DNA of 64,000 bases from Verrucomicrobiia bacterium (GTDB lineage Bacteria > Verrucomicrobiota > Verrucomicrobiia > Limisphaerales > UBA11358), in NCBI GenBank assembly GCA_035776755.1, contig DASTWS010000030.1, positions 172,150-236,149 of the forward strand. The letters run 5' to 3'. Below, in pieces: positions 19,446 to 29,855 of the stretch (within the stretch, counting starts at the first letter, position 1; each line of letters starts with the position of its first letter). The notes beneath the pieces were generated by a model. It saw nothing but the letters and a program-made list of their open reading frames with translations. It was not told where the DNA came from and did not search any database. Made by a program: the position numbers and the translations under genes.

Positions 19446-19670
19446 CATTGCGGGAAAATGTTTTCCCGCAGTGCAGGCCGGTTGGTCGGTTATGCGGGTG
19501 GAAGAAAAATTAAAATTCGCTGAAAGAGTCCGCGACCTCAAAGCCGCGCTCGACGGGCGCGCGACTGTGGCCACCACCGATCCGCAAGGAAAAAGCACCT
19601 GTGTCTGCAACAAATCCCGCGCGCTTTCAAATATTGGCTGCAATTCAATCAAACGCCAAAACCTTGACCT

Positions 19671-21593
19671 ATGCTCATACCTTTAAACCTTTTGATCGTC
19701 GAAGATTCGGCGGATGACGCGGCGTTGATGCTGCATGAATTGAAACACGCGGGGTTCGCGCCGATTTCCCGCCGGGTGCAGACGGAACCGGATTTTCTGG
19801 ATGCGATGGCAAATCTGCCGGACATCATTCTATCTGATTATTCGATGCCGCAATTCAGCGGATTACGTGCGGCGCAATTGCTGAAAGAAAGCGGCCTGGA
19901 AATTCCGTTCATTTTGATTTCAGGAACCGTCGGCGAAGATGTTGCGGTGGAAGCGATGAAACGTGGCGCGACCGATTATTTGCTCAAAGACCGGATCGGC
20001 CGGCTCGGTCCCGCGGTCAAAAACGCGATCGATCAAAAACGTTTTCGGGAAGAACGGCGTCAGGCACAGGATGAATTGTTGTGGAAAACGGCTTTTCTCG
20101 AAGCGCTGGTGAACACGTCGCTCGATGGCGTCCTGGTGGTGGACAGCCGAGGACAAAAGATCTTTCAAAACCAGCTCTTTAATGAATTATGGAAAATCCC
20201 TCCGGAAATCATGGCCGATAAAGACGATGCCAAGCAGCTTGAATTCGTCCGCAATCGCACGAAAAACTCCCGGGAATTCATCGAAAAAGTCCGTTATCTT
20301 TACGCCCATCCGGATGAAATCAGCCGCGACGAAATTGAATTGGTGGATGGAACGATCATCGACCGCTACTCGGCGCCCGTGCGCGACAAAGACGGCGTTC
20401 ACTTCGGGCGCATCTGGAGATTTCGGGACATCACCGAACAAACGAAACTCGAAGAGCAATTGCGCCATGCTCAAAAAATGGAAGCCATCGGACAATTGGC
20501 CGGCGGCGTGGCGCATGATTTCAACAACATCCTCGCGGTGATACAAATGCAAATCAGCCTCCTGCAATTCGAAGGCAGTCTGTCGCCGCAGCAAACAGAT
20601 TTTGCGCAAAAGATCGAAAATACCGTGGAACGCGCTGCCGGTCTGACACGACAATTACTGTTGTTCAGCCGTAAACAGGCGATGCAACTGCGCGAATTAA
20701 ACCTGGTCGAAGCCGTCGCCGCCACCGCAAACCTGTTGCGGCGCGTTTTGAGCGCGAACGTGAAAATTGATTTGAAGACACCGGATGAACCATTGTTCAT
20801 TTACGCCGACCCGGGAATGATCGATCAAATCCTGATGAACCTCGCGGTCAATGCCCGCGATGCCATGCCAAAGGGAGGGCAATTGCTGATTGAGATCGCC
20901 GGCGCAGATCTCGACACAGAAGCTGCGGCACGGATGCCAAATGCCCGCGCCGGTTCATTTGCCTGTTTAACCGTAAGCGATAACGGCTGCGGCATCTCGG
21001 AATCCAATCTCAAGCGCATTTTTGAACCGTTCTTTACCACCAAAAGTCCGGGCAAAGGAACCGGCCTGGGACTGGCGACCGTTTTCGGAATCGTTCAACA
21101 GCATCAAGGCTGGATAAACGTCGCCAGCGAGGTCAACGGCGGGACAGCTTTCTCGCTTTATCTGCCGCGCCTGCCGGAAATGACGCAAAAAGCCATCGCG
21201 CAGAAAAAAATGACCGGGTCGCTCTACGGTTCGGAAACCATCCTCCTGGTCGAAGATGAAGACATCCTGCGCGCCGCATTGCAGAAAACGCTCACCCGGC
21301 TTGGTTATCAAGTCCTCGAAGCGACCACCGGCGATGAAGCGCTGAATCTGTGGAATCAGCAACGGAATCAAATCCATCTTTTACTGACCGACCTCGTGAT
21401 GCCCGGCAGCATGAACGGATGGAATCTCGGGCAACAATTTTTATCTGAAAATCCAAACCTGAAAATTGTTTATATCAGCGGCAACAGCAACCTGCTTAAA
21501 GACGGCGGGTTGGAGGAAGGCGTCAATTTTTTGTCAAAACCATTTGAACTGATGGCGCTCGCCCGATTGATCCGCCGGCAACTGGATAAATAA
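19671..21593 (+). CDS. Hybrid sensor histidine kinase (REC-PAS-HisKA-HATPase-REC)
   Basis: N-terminal REC (LIVEDSADD...SDYSMP), PAS region, H-box [11 protein letters not shown]-boxes [12 protein letters not shown]-terminal REC (LLVEDEDI...TDLVMPG). Confidence 0.85.
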   Translation: MLIPLNLLIVEDSADDAALMLHELKHAGFAPISRRVQTEPDFLDAMANLPDIILSDYSMPQFSGLRAAQLLKESGLEIPFILISGTVGEDVAVEAMKRGATDYLLKDRIGRLGPAVKNAIDQKRFREERRQAQDELLWKTAFLEALVNTSLDGVLVVDSRGQKIFQNQLFNELWKIPPEIMADKDDAKQLEFVRNRTKNSREFIEKVRYLYAHPDEISRDEIELVDGTIIDRYSAPVRDKDGVHFGRIWRFRDITEQTKLEEQLRHAQKMEAIGQLAGGVAHDFNNILAVIQMQISLLQFEGSLSPQQTDFAQKIENTVERAAGLTRQLLLFSRKQAMQLRELNLVEAVAATANLLRRVLSANVKIDLKTPDEPLFIYADPGMIDQILMNLAVNARDAMPKGGQLLIEIAGADLDTEAAARMPNARAGSFACLTVSDNGCGISESNLKRIFEPFFTTKSPGKGTGLGLATVFGIVQQHQGWINVASEVNGGTAFSLYLPRLPEMTQKAIAQKKMTGSLYGSETILLVEDEDILRAALQKTLTRLGYQVLEATTGDEALNLWNQQRNQIHLLLTDLVMPGSMNGWNLGQQFLSENPNLKIVYISGNSNLLKDGGLEEGVNFLSKPFELMALARLIRRQLDK

Positions 21594-21594
21594 A

Positions 21595-22218
21595 TTATTT
21601 TTTTGCCGTGACCGGGACGTCCGCCGGTCTGCGGTTGAGGAAAAAATTCCAAATCCGGTAGCCAAGTAAAATCGCGAGCGCCGCAGCAAAAACCAATGGC
21701 TGACGAACGTCCGCTTTCACCTGCATGTAATAATGGATCACCCCGGCCGTGGCCGCCACGTAAGCCAGCCGATGTAACGCGCGCCAGCGTTTTCCGCCCA
21801 GACGTTTGATCATTCTGTTCGTCGAAGTGATGGCCAGCGGAATCATTGAGACGAGCGCGATGCTGCCGATGATAAGATACTTGCGCTTCACCATTTCTGA
21901 AAGCGTGCTGGAAACACTGAACGCGCGGTCGAGACTGAAGAAACAGAGAAAATGAAACGACCCGTAAAAAAACGCGAACAGCCCCAGCATCCGGCGGAAT
22001 TGCAGCAACCAGTTCCAGCCGGTGATTTTGCGCAACGGCGTGACGGCCAGCGTCAAAATCAAAAAAATCAGCGTCATCATGCCCGTGGTCAGGATGATGA
22101 AATTCTGCGGATTGGCGCCAAGTTTGTTCTGCGATTTGTCCCAAATCAGTAAAGCCAGCGGTATCAAACCGTTGACGAGGATCAGCAGCTTGCCAAACCG
22201 GATGTCACTTTCTTTCAT
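21595..22218 (-). CDS. msrQ: Protein-methionine-sulfoxide reductase heme-binding subunit
   Basis: YedZ-like ferric-reductase-type six-helix membrane protein. It lies immediately downstream of msrP with a 1-nt overlap. Confidence 0.75.
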   Translation of the reverse strand: MKESDIRFGKLLILVNGLIPLALLIWDKSQNKLGANPQNFIILTTGMMTLIFLILTLAVTPLRKITGWNWLLQFRRMLGLFAFFYGSFHFLCFFSLDRAFSVSSTLSEMVKRKYLIIGSIALVSMIPLAITSTNRMIKRLGGKRWRALHRLAYVAATAGVIHYYMQVKADVRQPLVFAAALAILLGYRIWNFFLNRRPADVPVTAKK

Positions 22219-23228
22219 CAGAAATTTTTTCGCAAATCCATTCCGGCATAAAGATGACCGACCTGTTCTTCGTAGCCGTTGAACATCAGCGTCGGGCGCC
22301 GGCCGAATTCGCCGATGCGCTGCTCTGTCGCCTGGCTCCAGCGCGGATGATCCACGTGCGGATTTACGTTCGCATAGAAACCATATTCGTTCGGCGCGTA
22401 ATCACTCCAGGTCGTTCGCGGCTGGGCGGGAATCAATTTGATCCGCACGATGGATTTGATTCCTTTGAATCCGTATTTCCAGGGCACGACCAATCGAATC
22501 GGCGCGCCGTCCTGCGGCGGCAAAGCGTGGCCGTAAATGCCGCTCGCCAAAATCGTCAGCGGATGCATCGCTTCATCCATGCGCAGGCCTTCGACATACG
22601 GCCAATCCAGCACGGCGCTTTTTTGGCCGGGCATCCGCATCGGGTCGAGCAATGTTTCAAACGCGACATATTTCGCTGAAGACAACGGCTGAACGGCATC
22701 GAGCAATTTCGACAGCGAAAATCCAACCCATGGAATCACCATGGACCAACCTTCAACGCATCGCATCCGGTAAACGCGCTCCTCCGGCGGTGCAATTTTC
22801 AAGATGTCATCAAGGTCAAAAACTTTGGTTTTTTGCACCAGACCTTCGACTGAAACTTTCCAGCCGTCGGTCTTGAAATTCGCCGCGGCTTCAGCCACCT
22901 CTTCTTTGTCCGTGGAAAATTCGTAGAAATTATTGTAATGCGTGATCTTCTCGTAAGACGTTTGCTCTTCATTTACGAAAAATCCGGAATCATTATTCGT
23001 CGCCGCGATGGAATTGGTTTGAATCCCGGAGATCGCCGCCGTTTCGATTTTTTTCTTCGTGCTGGTGCCGATCGGATTCAATTCCCGATAGGCAACACCA
23101 GTGGCCACGGCGCTGGCCGCGAGAATGCCGGCGCGGATGAAATTACGCCGGTTGAAATACACCTGCGGCGATGTGATTTCGTCGGGCGGATTTCTTTTTG
23201 GATCGCTCACAAAATGGCCTTCGGTCAA
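22218..23228 (-). CDS. msrP: Protein-methionine-sulfoxide reductase catalytic (molybdopterin) subunit
   Basis: Tat-like signal [16 protein letters not shown]. YedY/sulfite-oxidase-family sequence ([15 protein letters not shown]). Confidence 0.85.
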   Translation of the reverse strand: MTEGHFVSDPKRNPPDEITSPQVYFNRRNFIRAGILAASAVATGVAYRELNPIGTSTKKKIETAAISGIQTNSIAATNNDSGFFVNEEQTSYEKITHYNNFYEFSTDKEEVAEAAANFKTDGWKVSVEGLVQKTKVFDLDDILKIAPPEERVYRMRCVEGWSMVIPWVGFSLSKLLDAVQPLSSAKYVAFETLLDPMRMPGQKSAVLDWPYVEGLRMDEAMHPLTILASGIYGHALPPQDGAPIRLVVPWKYGFKGIKSIVRIKLIPAQPRTTWSDYAPNEYGFYANVNPHVDHPRWSQATEQRIGEFGRRPTLMFNGYEEQVGHLYAGMDLRKNF

Positions 23229-23347
23229 TGTCTCAACAGTATAGAGCGTTCAATGCCCCGTTGTATTCCAAAAAATTGAAAATAAATTGGCAGCGTCAAC
23301 CGGCGGCGCTGCTTGGTTTTCTGCGCCGTTCCGCTTAAATTGGTTCC

Positions 23348-24436
23348 GTGATCGACATAAAATCTCTGACGCGCGACGAACTGGAGATCCAATTTAGCGA
23401 TTGGAAAGGACCGGTTTATCGCGTGGCGCAATTGCTGGATTGGATTTATGTCCGCCGCGCAACGGATTGGGACGCGATGAGCAATCTGCCAAAAGCTTTG
23501 CGCGAAAAATTGCGGACGAATTTTTCACTGGAAAAATTGGAATTGGTCCGCAAGCAGGGTTCGCGCGATACGACACAAAAATTTCTTTGGAAGTTGAGCG
23601 ATGGCTCGCTTATCGAAAGCGTTTTGATCCCGGCAAATCCCGCGCTTTACGGCGACGACAGCGACCGCCGGACGCTCTGCATTTCCACGCAAGTCGGCTG
23701 CGCCTACGGTTGCCGTTTTTGCGCCAGCGGGCTGGAAGGCTGGAAGCGGAATCTGTTGCCGAACGAAATCGTGGAGCAAATTCTTGCCGTCGAACGTTTG
23801 AATTCCGCGGATTCAAAGAATACCAGTTCGGCGCGGGCCGTGGACAATATCGTGGTCATGGGCATGGGCGAACCGCTGGCGAATTACGATCATTTGCTCA
23901 AGGCTTTGAAAATCCTGAATGCGCCATGGGGCGGCGGCATCGGCGCGCGCAAGATCACCATTTCCACCAGCGGCCTTGTTCCGCAAATCCGCAAGCTGGC
24001 AGATGAGCCGTTGCAATTTCGCCTAGCGATTTCGCTGCACGGCGCAACGGATGAAGTCCGCAATAAAATCATGCCGGTGAACAAAAAATATCCGCTAAGG
24101 GAATTGGCCGCCGCGTGCGATTATTATCAAAACAAAAAAGGCCGGATGATCACATTTGAATATATTTTAATTTCCGGCGTGAATGATTCGGTTGAACAAA
24201 CCAAACCTCTGGCCGCGCTCGCCAAAAAGCTTTTTGCAAAAGTGAATTTGATTCCTTACAACAAGGTTGAAGGCTTGCCGTGGGAACGTCCGGTGGAAAA
24301 AATCTGCGAAGAATTTCTCGCCGCCTTGAAAAAGCAAAATGTCATCGCCACGTTGCGCCGCGAAAAAGGCCACGATATTGACGCGGCGTGCGGACAATTG
24401 AGGTTGAAGACGGAAAAAGAAATGGCTGGCGTTTAA
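23348..24436 (+). CDS. rlmN: 23S rRNA/tRNA adenine-C2 methyltransferase, radical SAM
   Basis: CISTQVGCAYGCRFCASG radical-SAM motif. C-terminal GHDIDAACGQL. GTG start. Confidence 0.9.
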   Translation: MIDIKSLTRDELEIQFSDWKGPVYRVAQLLDWIYVRRATDWDAMSNLPKALREKLRTNFSLEKLELVRKQGSRDTTQKFLWKLSDGSLIESVLIPANPALYGDDSDRRTLCISTQVGCAYGCRFCASGLEGWKRNLLPNEIVEQILAVERLNSADSKNTSSARAVDNIVVMGMGEPLANYDHLLKALKILNAPWGGGIGARKITISTSGLVPQIRKLADEPLQFRLAISLHGATDEVRNKIMPVNKKYPLRELAAACDYYQNKKGRMITFEYILISGVNDSVEQTKPLAALAKKLFAKVNLIPYNKVEGLPWERPVEKICEEFLAALKKQNVIATLRREKGHDIDAACGQLRLKTEKEMAGV

Positions 24437-26091
24437 TTATTCCCGGCCGCGGACAGATTGGTGTTGGAAATCCGGACGTATATTTCCAATGGCGCTTCGG
24501 CAAATTGCGGCAAATGCTCGAGGTTTTTCTCAATCAGAACGGCCTTATTGTTTGGGCTGACTCCGACGACCGCGATCTTTCGATAATTGTTTTTCGAATA
24601 GTTCTCGAACCAATCGAAAATTGTGAGTTTGGAATAACGGTTAGGCAACCAGGATAATTCATTCCGGACAGCCACGAGATATTCCGGATGATTTGTTTCT
24701 ATTTCGTCCGACATTTCACGTTGCATGATCGAAGCCGCTGGATGAGGCTCCATCAATGAATAAGTGTAAATATAACCCATGGCAGAACGGCGGCGGGCGT
24801 AAAAATAAATTTCCGGCTCCGATCCAAAAACCGCTATCCGGGTATCGGGGGTGGTATGATCATAAAGAAACTTGCCGGCTACCGGTGCTTCCATAAATGG
24901 ATTTCCCTGATATAGGTTCTGGCAAACTTCGGCCGACGACAGGCGGAAGAAAAACGACGCCTGATAAATTGTTGCCCACCCGCAAGCCAACAGGAAGACA
25001 ATGAAAGGAACGCTTTTGCCGATACGCAGCATTTTATGCTCGCACAAAGCTGCCGTTGTCACCGTCACGCCGTAGCCGATCAAAATGGCAAATGCCGGAA
25101 GCAACAAAATAAAGTAATGCCTCCGGAAATAAAAACCGATGGCCATTCCCAAAACAGAAAAAAGCCAAAACACCAAGGCAAACACAACATTCCGGTTGAA
25201 ACATCTGCTTAACGCTGCCACAGAAACTCCTGTGACAGCAATAAACCAAAAGGCACATGAAACAGGCCACGAATCCCGGAGATGTTCTAAAAAATAAGGA
25301 AATCCGGTGTGCAGATTAACACCCGTTGCATACCACGAGGCATAAATAAATGTCCAAAATATAAACCTCGAAAAATCTCCGGCGACAGCACATGAAAGAC
25401 AGACGAAGGCAAAGGGTAAAATGGCTCCAACCGTAAAAATTAAAAGCGTTTTCACAAATGCACCGGAAAAGACCGTCTTTTCTACAACAGCTTTTCCGGT
25501 CAAATAGAAAACCGCAAACGCACAAAAGCAGATTCCCTGCTGTTTCATCAAGAAGGCCAAACCGTAAAGCACGCCGCTGAAAAACCAAAACCTCGCCTCC
25601 TTCCGTTCCAATGCTTCCAAAAGCAAAAGCGTCGCCGGCACCGCAAACAAAATGACAAAATGATTTGCGTGGGCCGCCAGGCCTTGAACCAATACACTCA
25701 AACTCATCAATCCGTAACCGGCGCACGAGACCAATCCCGCCGTGGTTCCAAACAATTTTTTGCCGAGCAAAAACACGAACACAATTGTCAGCAAATTCAC
25801 CGCCAGCAACATCCGGTGGACACCTTCAATGGTTTGGCCAAAAACCGCCATGCCAATCGCATAAGCATAATAAGTTCCCGGCAATTTCATGTTATATGCC
25901 AGCTCGTAAGGAGGGATGCCATGAAGAATCAATTGGCCGGCGTAAGCGTATTCTCCTTCATCCCGCTCCAACGGCGTCGTGGCAAGGCGCAGTCGCACGA
26001 AACTGACAAAAAGCAGAACGGCGAGAACGATCAACCATGAACTGCGGAATGACAAAAACCCCGTCCGATGTTGATCCGACTGATTATTCAT
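24433..26091 (-). CDS. GT-C fold glycosyltransferase (ArnT/PMT-like, GT39/83-type) polytopic membrane protein
   Basis: DEGEYAY motif in the first loop. More than 10 hydrophobic helices and a soluble C-terminal domain. Confidence 0.7.
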   Translation of the reverse strand: MNNQSDQHRTGFLSFRSSWLIVLAVLLFVSFVRLRLATTPLERDEGEYAYAGQLILHGIPPYELAYNMKLPGTYYAYAIGMAVFGQTIEGVHRMLLAVNLLTIVFVFLLGKKLFGTTAGLVSCAGYGLMSLSVLVQGLAAHANHFVILFAVPATLLLLEALERKEARFWFFSGVLYGLAFLMKQQGICFCAFAVFYLTGKAVVEKTVFSGAFVKTLLIFTVGAILPFAFVCLSCAVAGDFSRFIFWTFIYASWYATGVNLHTGFPYFLEHLRDSWPVSCAFWFIAVTGVSVAALSRCFNRNVVFALVFWLFSVLGMAIGFYFRRHYFILLLPAFAILIGYGVTVTTAALCEHKMLRIGKSVPFIVFLLACGWATIYQASFFFRLSSAEVCQNLYQGNPFMEAPVAGKFLYDHTTPDTRIAVFGSEPEIYFYARRRSAMGYIYTYSLMEPHPAASIMQREMSDEIETNHPEYLVAVRNELSWLPNRYSKLTIFDWFENYSKNNYRKIAVVGVSPNNKAVLIEKNLEHLPQFAEAPLEIYVRISNTNLSAAGNN

Positions 26092-26221
26092 TTTGAACGA
26101 AATATCATGGAATCTTTCAGCACTTCAACATTTAACCGGTTAACATTTTGAATGGTTCATGCATCGCTACTCAGCGATTGCTCTTCTCCATTGCAACCGG
26201 CAATTTTTGTCCGCCGGCATC

Positions 26222-29116
26222 TTATTGGTCCAGGTTGACGCGTAAAATTTTGGCCAGTTGAGCGGCCTGGAATGGTTTGGCAATAAAGTTGACGCCTTCT
26301 TTCAATGGAAAACCTTTCCCAGCGACTTCAGCGCTGTAACCGCTTGTATAAATGACTTTCAATCCGGAATTTTCTTTTAACAAACGCTCGCCTAAATCCC
26401 TGCCCGTCACTCCGCCGGGCATCATCATATCCGTCAACAGCAATTGAATTTCATTCCGATATTGTTTCCAGATTTCGACCGCTTCAACGCCGTTGACGGC
26501 TTCAAGCACGCGATAACCCAGTTGCGTCAATGCCTTGCGCATGGACACGCGAAAATAGGCGTCGTCTTCGGCGATCAAAATTGTTTCGTTGCCGCCGCGC
26601 ACATCTTCCGGCGCGGATACTGGATGTTCCTGACCCAACGTTTTCTCCACGCGCGGCAGATAAACGCGAAATGTCGTGCCGTGTCCGATTTCGCTGTAAA
26701 CATCCACCCAACCCTGGTGTTGCTGGACAATGCCAAAAACCGTGGCCAATCCGAGTCCAGTGCCTTTTCCAATGTCCTTGGTGGTAAAAAATGGTTCAAA
26801 AATGTGCGGCAGATTTTCCGGGGCTATGCCGGCACCCGTGTCGCTCACGCTCAAACAGACAAATGAACCGGGACGGATCTTGGCCGATTGTGCGGCGCTT
26901 TGGCTGTCGAATCGCACGCCGGAAGTTTCGATGACCAGTTTGCCGCCATTGGGCATCGCGTCGCGCGAATTGACGGCCAAGTTCATGAGCACTTGATCCA
27001 TCATTCCCGCATCGGCCTGGACGAATAAGTTCTCCATGGCAAATTTGAATTGCATCTGGATATTTTCGCCGAGCGTTCGCCGCAATATCTTGGTCATGTT
27101 ATTGATGGATTCATTCAAATCCAATTCCTGTAATTGCATCGTTTGTTTGCGGCTGAACATCAACAACTGCCGCGTGAGCGCGGCGGCGCGCTGGGCAGCC
27201 GAGGCGATTTCATCGGCAAATTCCGTTTGCGTTTCCGAAAGCTTGCAGGTGGCTTTCAGCAAATCGGCCTGCATTTGAATAACAGCCAGGATGTTGTTGA
27301 AATCGTGCGCGACGCCGCTGGCCAGTTGGCCGATGGCTTCCATTTTTTGCGCCTGCCGGAATTGTTCTTCGAGTTGTCGGCGCTCGACGTCCTGCTGGTT
27401 CACTTCAAGCGCAAAGGAAATGTCCGCGGCAAGCTCATCCAACAAACGTAATTCACCGGCGTCAAAAAAATTCTTCTCGCCGGCATAGATGTTCAGCACT
27501 CCCGCGCGCTGGCCGCGCACGTTCAATGGCAACGACACCAGCGACAAATAGCCCCGCTCCAAAGCCAATTGCCGCCACGGCGCGGCTTCCGGATCATGCT
27601 CCACATCGTTGCAAACCGCATGGCTGCCGGTTTCAATCGCGTGCTTGGTGAACATGCAGCCAAGACCGGGATCGTGGAATACTTTTTGCAGAACATTCAA
27701 GGTGTCCGGCGTGGCGCCGGCATGGGCAAGCAGTTCGACCGGCGCAGACGGATTCTTCAACAGCCCCAGCCAGGCGAGCCGAAATTTTCCCTTTTCCACG
27801 GCAATCCGGCACGCGCCTTCAAACAGCAACTGCAAATTTTTCTCCCGCACGATCAACTCATTGATCCCGCTCAGCACTGCATAGACGCGATTCAACTGGC
27901 GGATATTCCGCTCCATCGTCTTTCGCTCGGAAACATCACGGACAACCGCAAGGATGTAATCACGCTCCAGGTGGATGTAACTGGCATTGATTTCCACCGG
28001 AAAGATCGAACCATCTTTTCGACGATGCTCCGTCTCAAAAACTAAAAAGCCAAATTGTTTGAGCGCTTCCAGATGAGCCGCCCACGTCTTCTCTCCGCCG
28101 GTCGCAAACTTCGGGTCAATCTGCGAAACGGTCAGGGTCAAAAATTCCTCGCGTCCATAACCGTGGATTTTTCCGGCCTTGGCGTTGATATCCAAAAAAC
28201 GCCCGGTCTGCGGGTCGATGACTTCAATCGCGTCATTGGCGTGGTCGATCAATGCGCGGAAGAGTGTAATTGCCAGGGCTGTCTTTTTCCGCTCGGTGAT
28301 GTCGCGCGCCACGCCTTGAATGGCAACCAATTCTTTTTCGCGGTTAAAAACTTTCCGCGTCGTCAGTTCCGCCCAGATCTTATGTCCGTCCTTGTGACGG
28401 ATCTCGATTTCAAATGCTTTTTCATCCGCGCCATCCGCCGTGTTGCAACACAGGCGCTCACTGACCAGCGGACGATATTCCAGCGCCGTCAATTGCATCA
28501 TGTTCATCCGCAACAGTTCGGAAAGAGGATACCCGGTCAATTGTTCCGCCGCGTCGTTGCCGAAAATATAATTGCCCTCAAGGTCCATCTGAAAGATCGC
28601 TTCCTTCGTGTTGTTGAGGATGTATTGGATGCTCGCCTTGCTCTTCTTGAGCTGACGGATTTGTTCGTTGAGAAATTTTGAAATCAAACCGCAGAGCGTT
28701 CCCACCATGACCAAAAAGAAAAGGCGAAAAACCCAGTTGAAGATCGTTTGCGGCGTGCCGGTTGAAATTTCCAACGGCATGAACGGTCCCAGCAAAAAAC
28801 CGCCGATCAACCCCGCAATCATTCCGCCATAAACTCGAAAAACGGCCGCTGCCACAATAACCGGCAGAAACATCAAATACGGCCATACATAAACCGTTCC
28901 GCCGGTTGCATAAACGAGCGCATCCACAGCCGCAATGGATGCAAGAATTAAAACGGCCAGAGCCACCGCACGCGAACCTCCCGGCTCACGCCATCGATCA
29001 ACCCAATTTTTCCCATCCTCGATGATTTGCGGTTTGCTTTGAAAATGATTGTTCCCCTCTGAAACCATGGCGTAAATATAAACGCCTTCCGCCGGCACTC
29101 CAGATAAATCATGCAA
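26222..29116 (-). CDS. Membrane-anchored hybrid sensor histidine kinase (TM-PAS-PAS-GAF-HisKA-HATPase-REC)
   Basis: N-terminal TM helices, two PAS-like regions, a GAF-like region, H-box [22 protein letters not shown]-terminal REC (LIAEDDAY...TDMMMPG). Confidence 0.85.
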   Translation of the reverse strand: MHDLSGVPAEGVYIYAMVSEGNNHFQSKPQIIEDGKNWVDRWREPGGSRAVALAVLILASIAAVDALVYATGGTVYVWPYLMFLPVIVAAAVFRVYGGMIAGLIGGFLLGPFMPLEISTGTPQTIFNWVFRLFFLVMVGTLCGLISKFLNEQIRQLKKSKASIQYILNNTKEAIFQMDLEGNYIFGNDAAEQLTGYPLSELLRMNMMQLTALEYRPLVSERLCCNTADGADEKAFEIEIRHKDGHKIWAELTTRKVFNREKELVAIQGVARDITERKKTALAITLFRALIDHANDAIEVIDPQTGRFLDINAKAGKIHGYGREEFLTLTVSQIDPKFATGGEKTWAAHLEALKQFGFLVFETEHRRKDGSIFPVEINASYIHLERDYILAVVRDVSERKTMERNIRQLNRVYAVLSGINELIVREKNLQLLFEGACRIAVEKGKFRLAWLGLLKNPSAPVELLAHAGATPDTLNVLQKVFHDPGLGCMFTKHAIETGSHAVCNDVEHDPEAAPWRQLALERGYLSLVSLPLNVRGQRAGVLNIYAGEKNFFDAGELRLLDELAADISFALEVNQQDVERRQLEEQFRQAQKMEAIGQLASGVAHDFNNILAVIQMQADLLKATCKLSETQTEFADEIASAAQRAAALTRQLLMFSRKQTMQLQELDLNESINNMTKILRRTLGENIQMQFKFAMENLFVQADAGMMDQVLMNLAVNSRDAMPNGGKLVIETSGVRFDSQSAAQSAKIRPGSFVCLSVSDTGAGIAPENLPHIFEPFFTTKDIGKGTGLGLATVFGIVQQHQGWVDVYSEIGHGTTFRVYLPRVEKTLGQEHPVSAPEDVRGGNETILIAEDDAYFRVSMRKALTQLGYRVLEAVNGVEAVEIWKQYRNEIQLLLTDMMMPGGVTGRDLGERLLKENSGLKVIYTSGYSAEVAGKGFPLKEGVNFIAKPFQAAQLAKILRVNLDQ

Positions 29117-29159
29117 TTTTAATCGCGCGAAATCACCGGATTATGATTAAAATAATCGC

Positions 29160-29780
29160 GTGATTGCTCTTCTGGATTATGGCTCCGGCAATTTGCGCAG
29201 CGTTCATAAAGCGCTGCTCAAAGCCGGCGCCGATGTGCGCATCGCCAGATGCCCGGATGAAATCGGCGATGCCCGCGCGATGGTCTTGCCCGGCGTCGGC
29301 GCGTTCGACGATTGCATCAACGCCATGCAGAAACAGCATCTGCTCGGAGCCGCGCGCGATTTTATCCGCAGCGGAAAATTGTTCCTCGGCATTTGCGTCG
29401 GCTACCAGGCATTGTTCGAGCGCAGCGAAGAATTTAACTCCTGCGCCGCCGGTCTTGGCGTTTTCAAAGGCAGCGTCGTCCGCTTCTCAAAAAAAAACGG
29501 ATTGAAAATCCCGCAAATCGGCTGGAACCAGATTGAAATCGCCAAAAGCGATTGCCCGCTCTATCGCGGAATCGAAAACGGCAGCTACGTTTATTTCGTG
29601 CACAGTTTTTACCCGAAACCGGCGGACGACTCGATTGCCGCGACGCGAACCGAATACGGCGACTCCTTTGTTTCTTCGATCTGGCGCGACAATGTTTTTG
29701 CCACGCAATTTCATCCGGAAAAAAGCCAGCGCATCGGATTGCAATTGCTGAACAACTTCGTGGAATTGGCTAAAGCCTAA
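29160..29780 (+). CDS. hisH: Imidazole glycerol phosphate synthase, glutamine amidotransferase subunit
   Basis: IALLDYGSGNLRSV start, catalytic GICVGYQ, FHPEKS triad region. GTG start. Confidence 0.9.
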   Translation: MIALLDYGSGNLRSVHKALLKAGADVRIARCPDEIGDARAMVLPGVGAFDDCINAMQKQHLLGAARDFIRSGKLFLGICVGYQALFERSEEFNSCAAGLGVFKGSVVRFSKKNGLKIPQIGWNQIEIAKSDCPLYRGIENGSYVYFVHSFYPKPADDSIAATRTEYGDSFVSSIWRDNVFATQFHPEKSQRIGLQLLNNFVELAKA

Positions 29781-29786
29781 ATTCAT

Positions 29787-29818
29787 ATCATCGCATCCAG
29801 ATGCGTTGATTTTTAATT
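29787..29818 (+). terminator. Intrinsic terminator after hisH
   Basis: ATCATCGCAT-ccag-ATGCGTTGAT (9 of 10 bp) followed by TTTTAATTT. Confidence 0.55.
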
Positions 29819-29855
29819 TGCATCCCGGAGCAATTCCCGTTATTTTGCCGGCAAA

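Noticed and set aside
19471-19686. 71-aa ORF in the gap between the XRE-REC regulator and the hybrid kinase.
   Set aside because: No ribosome-binding context or motif is present. It overlaps the kinase start, and its composition resembles noncoding leader sequence.
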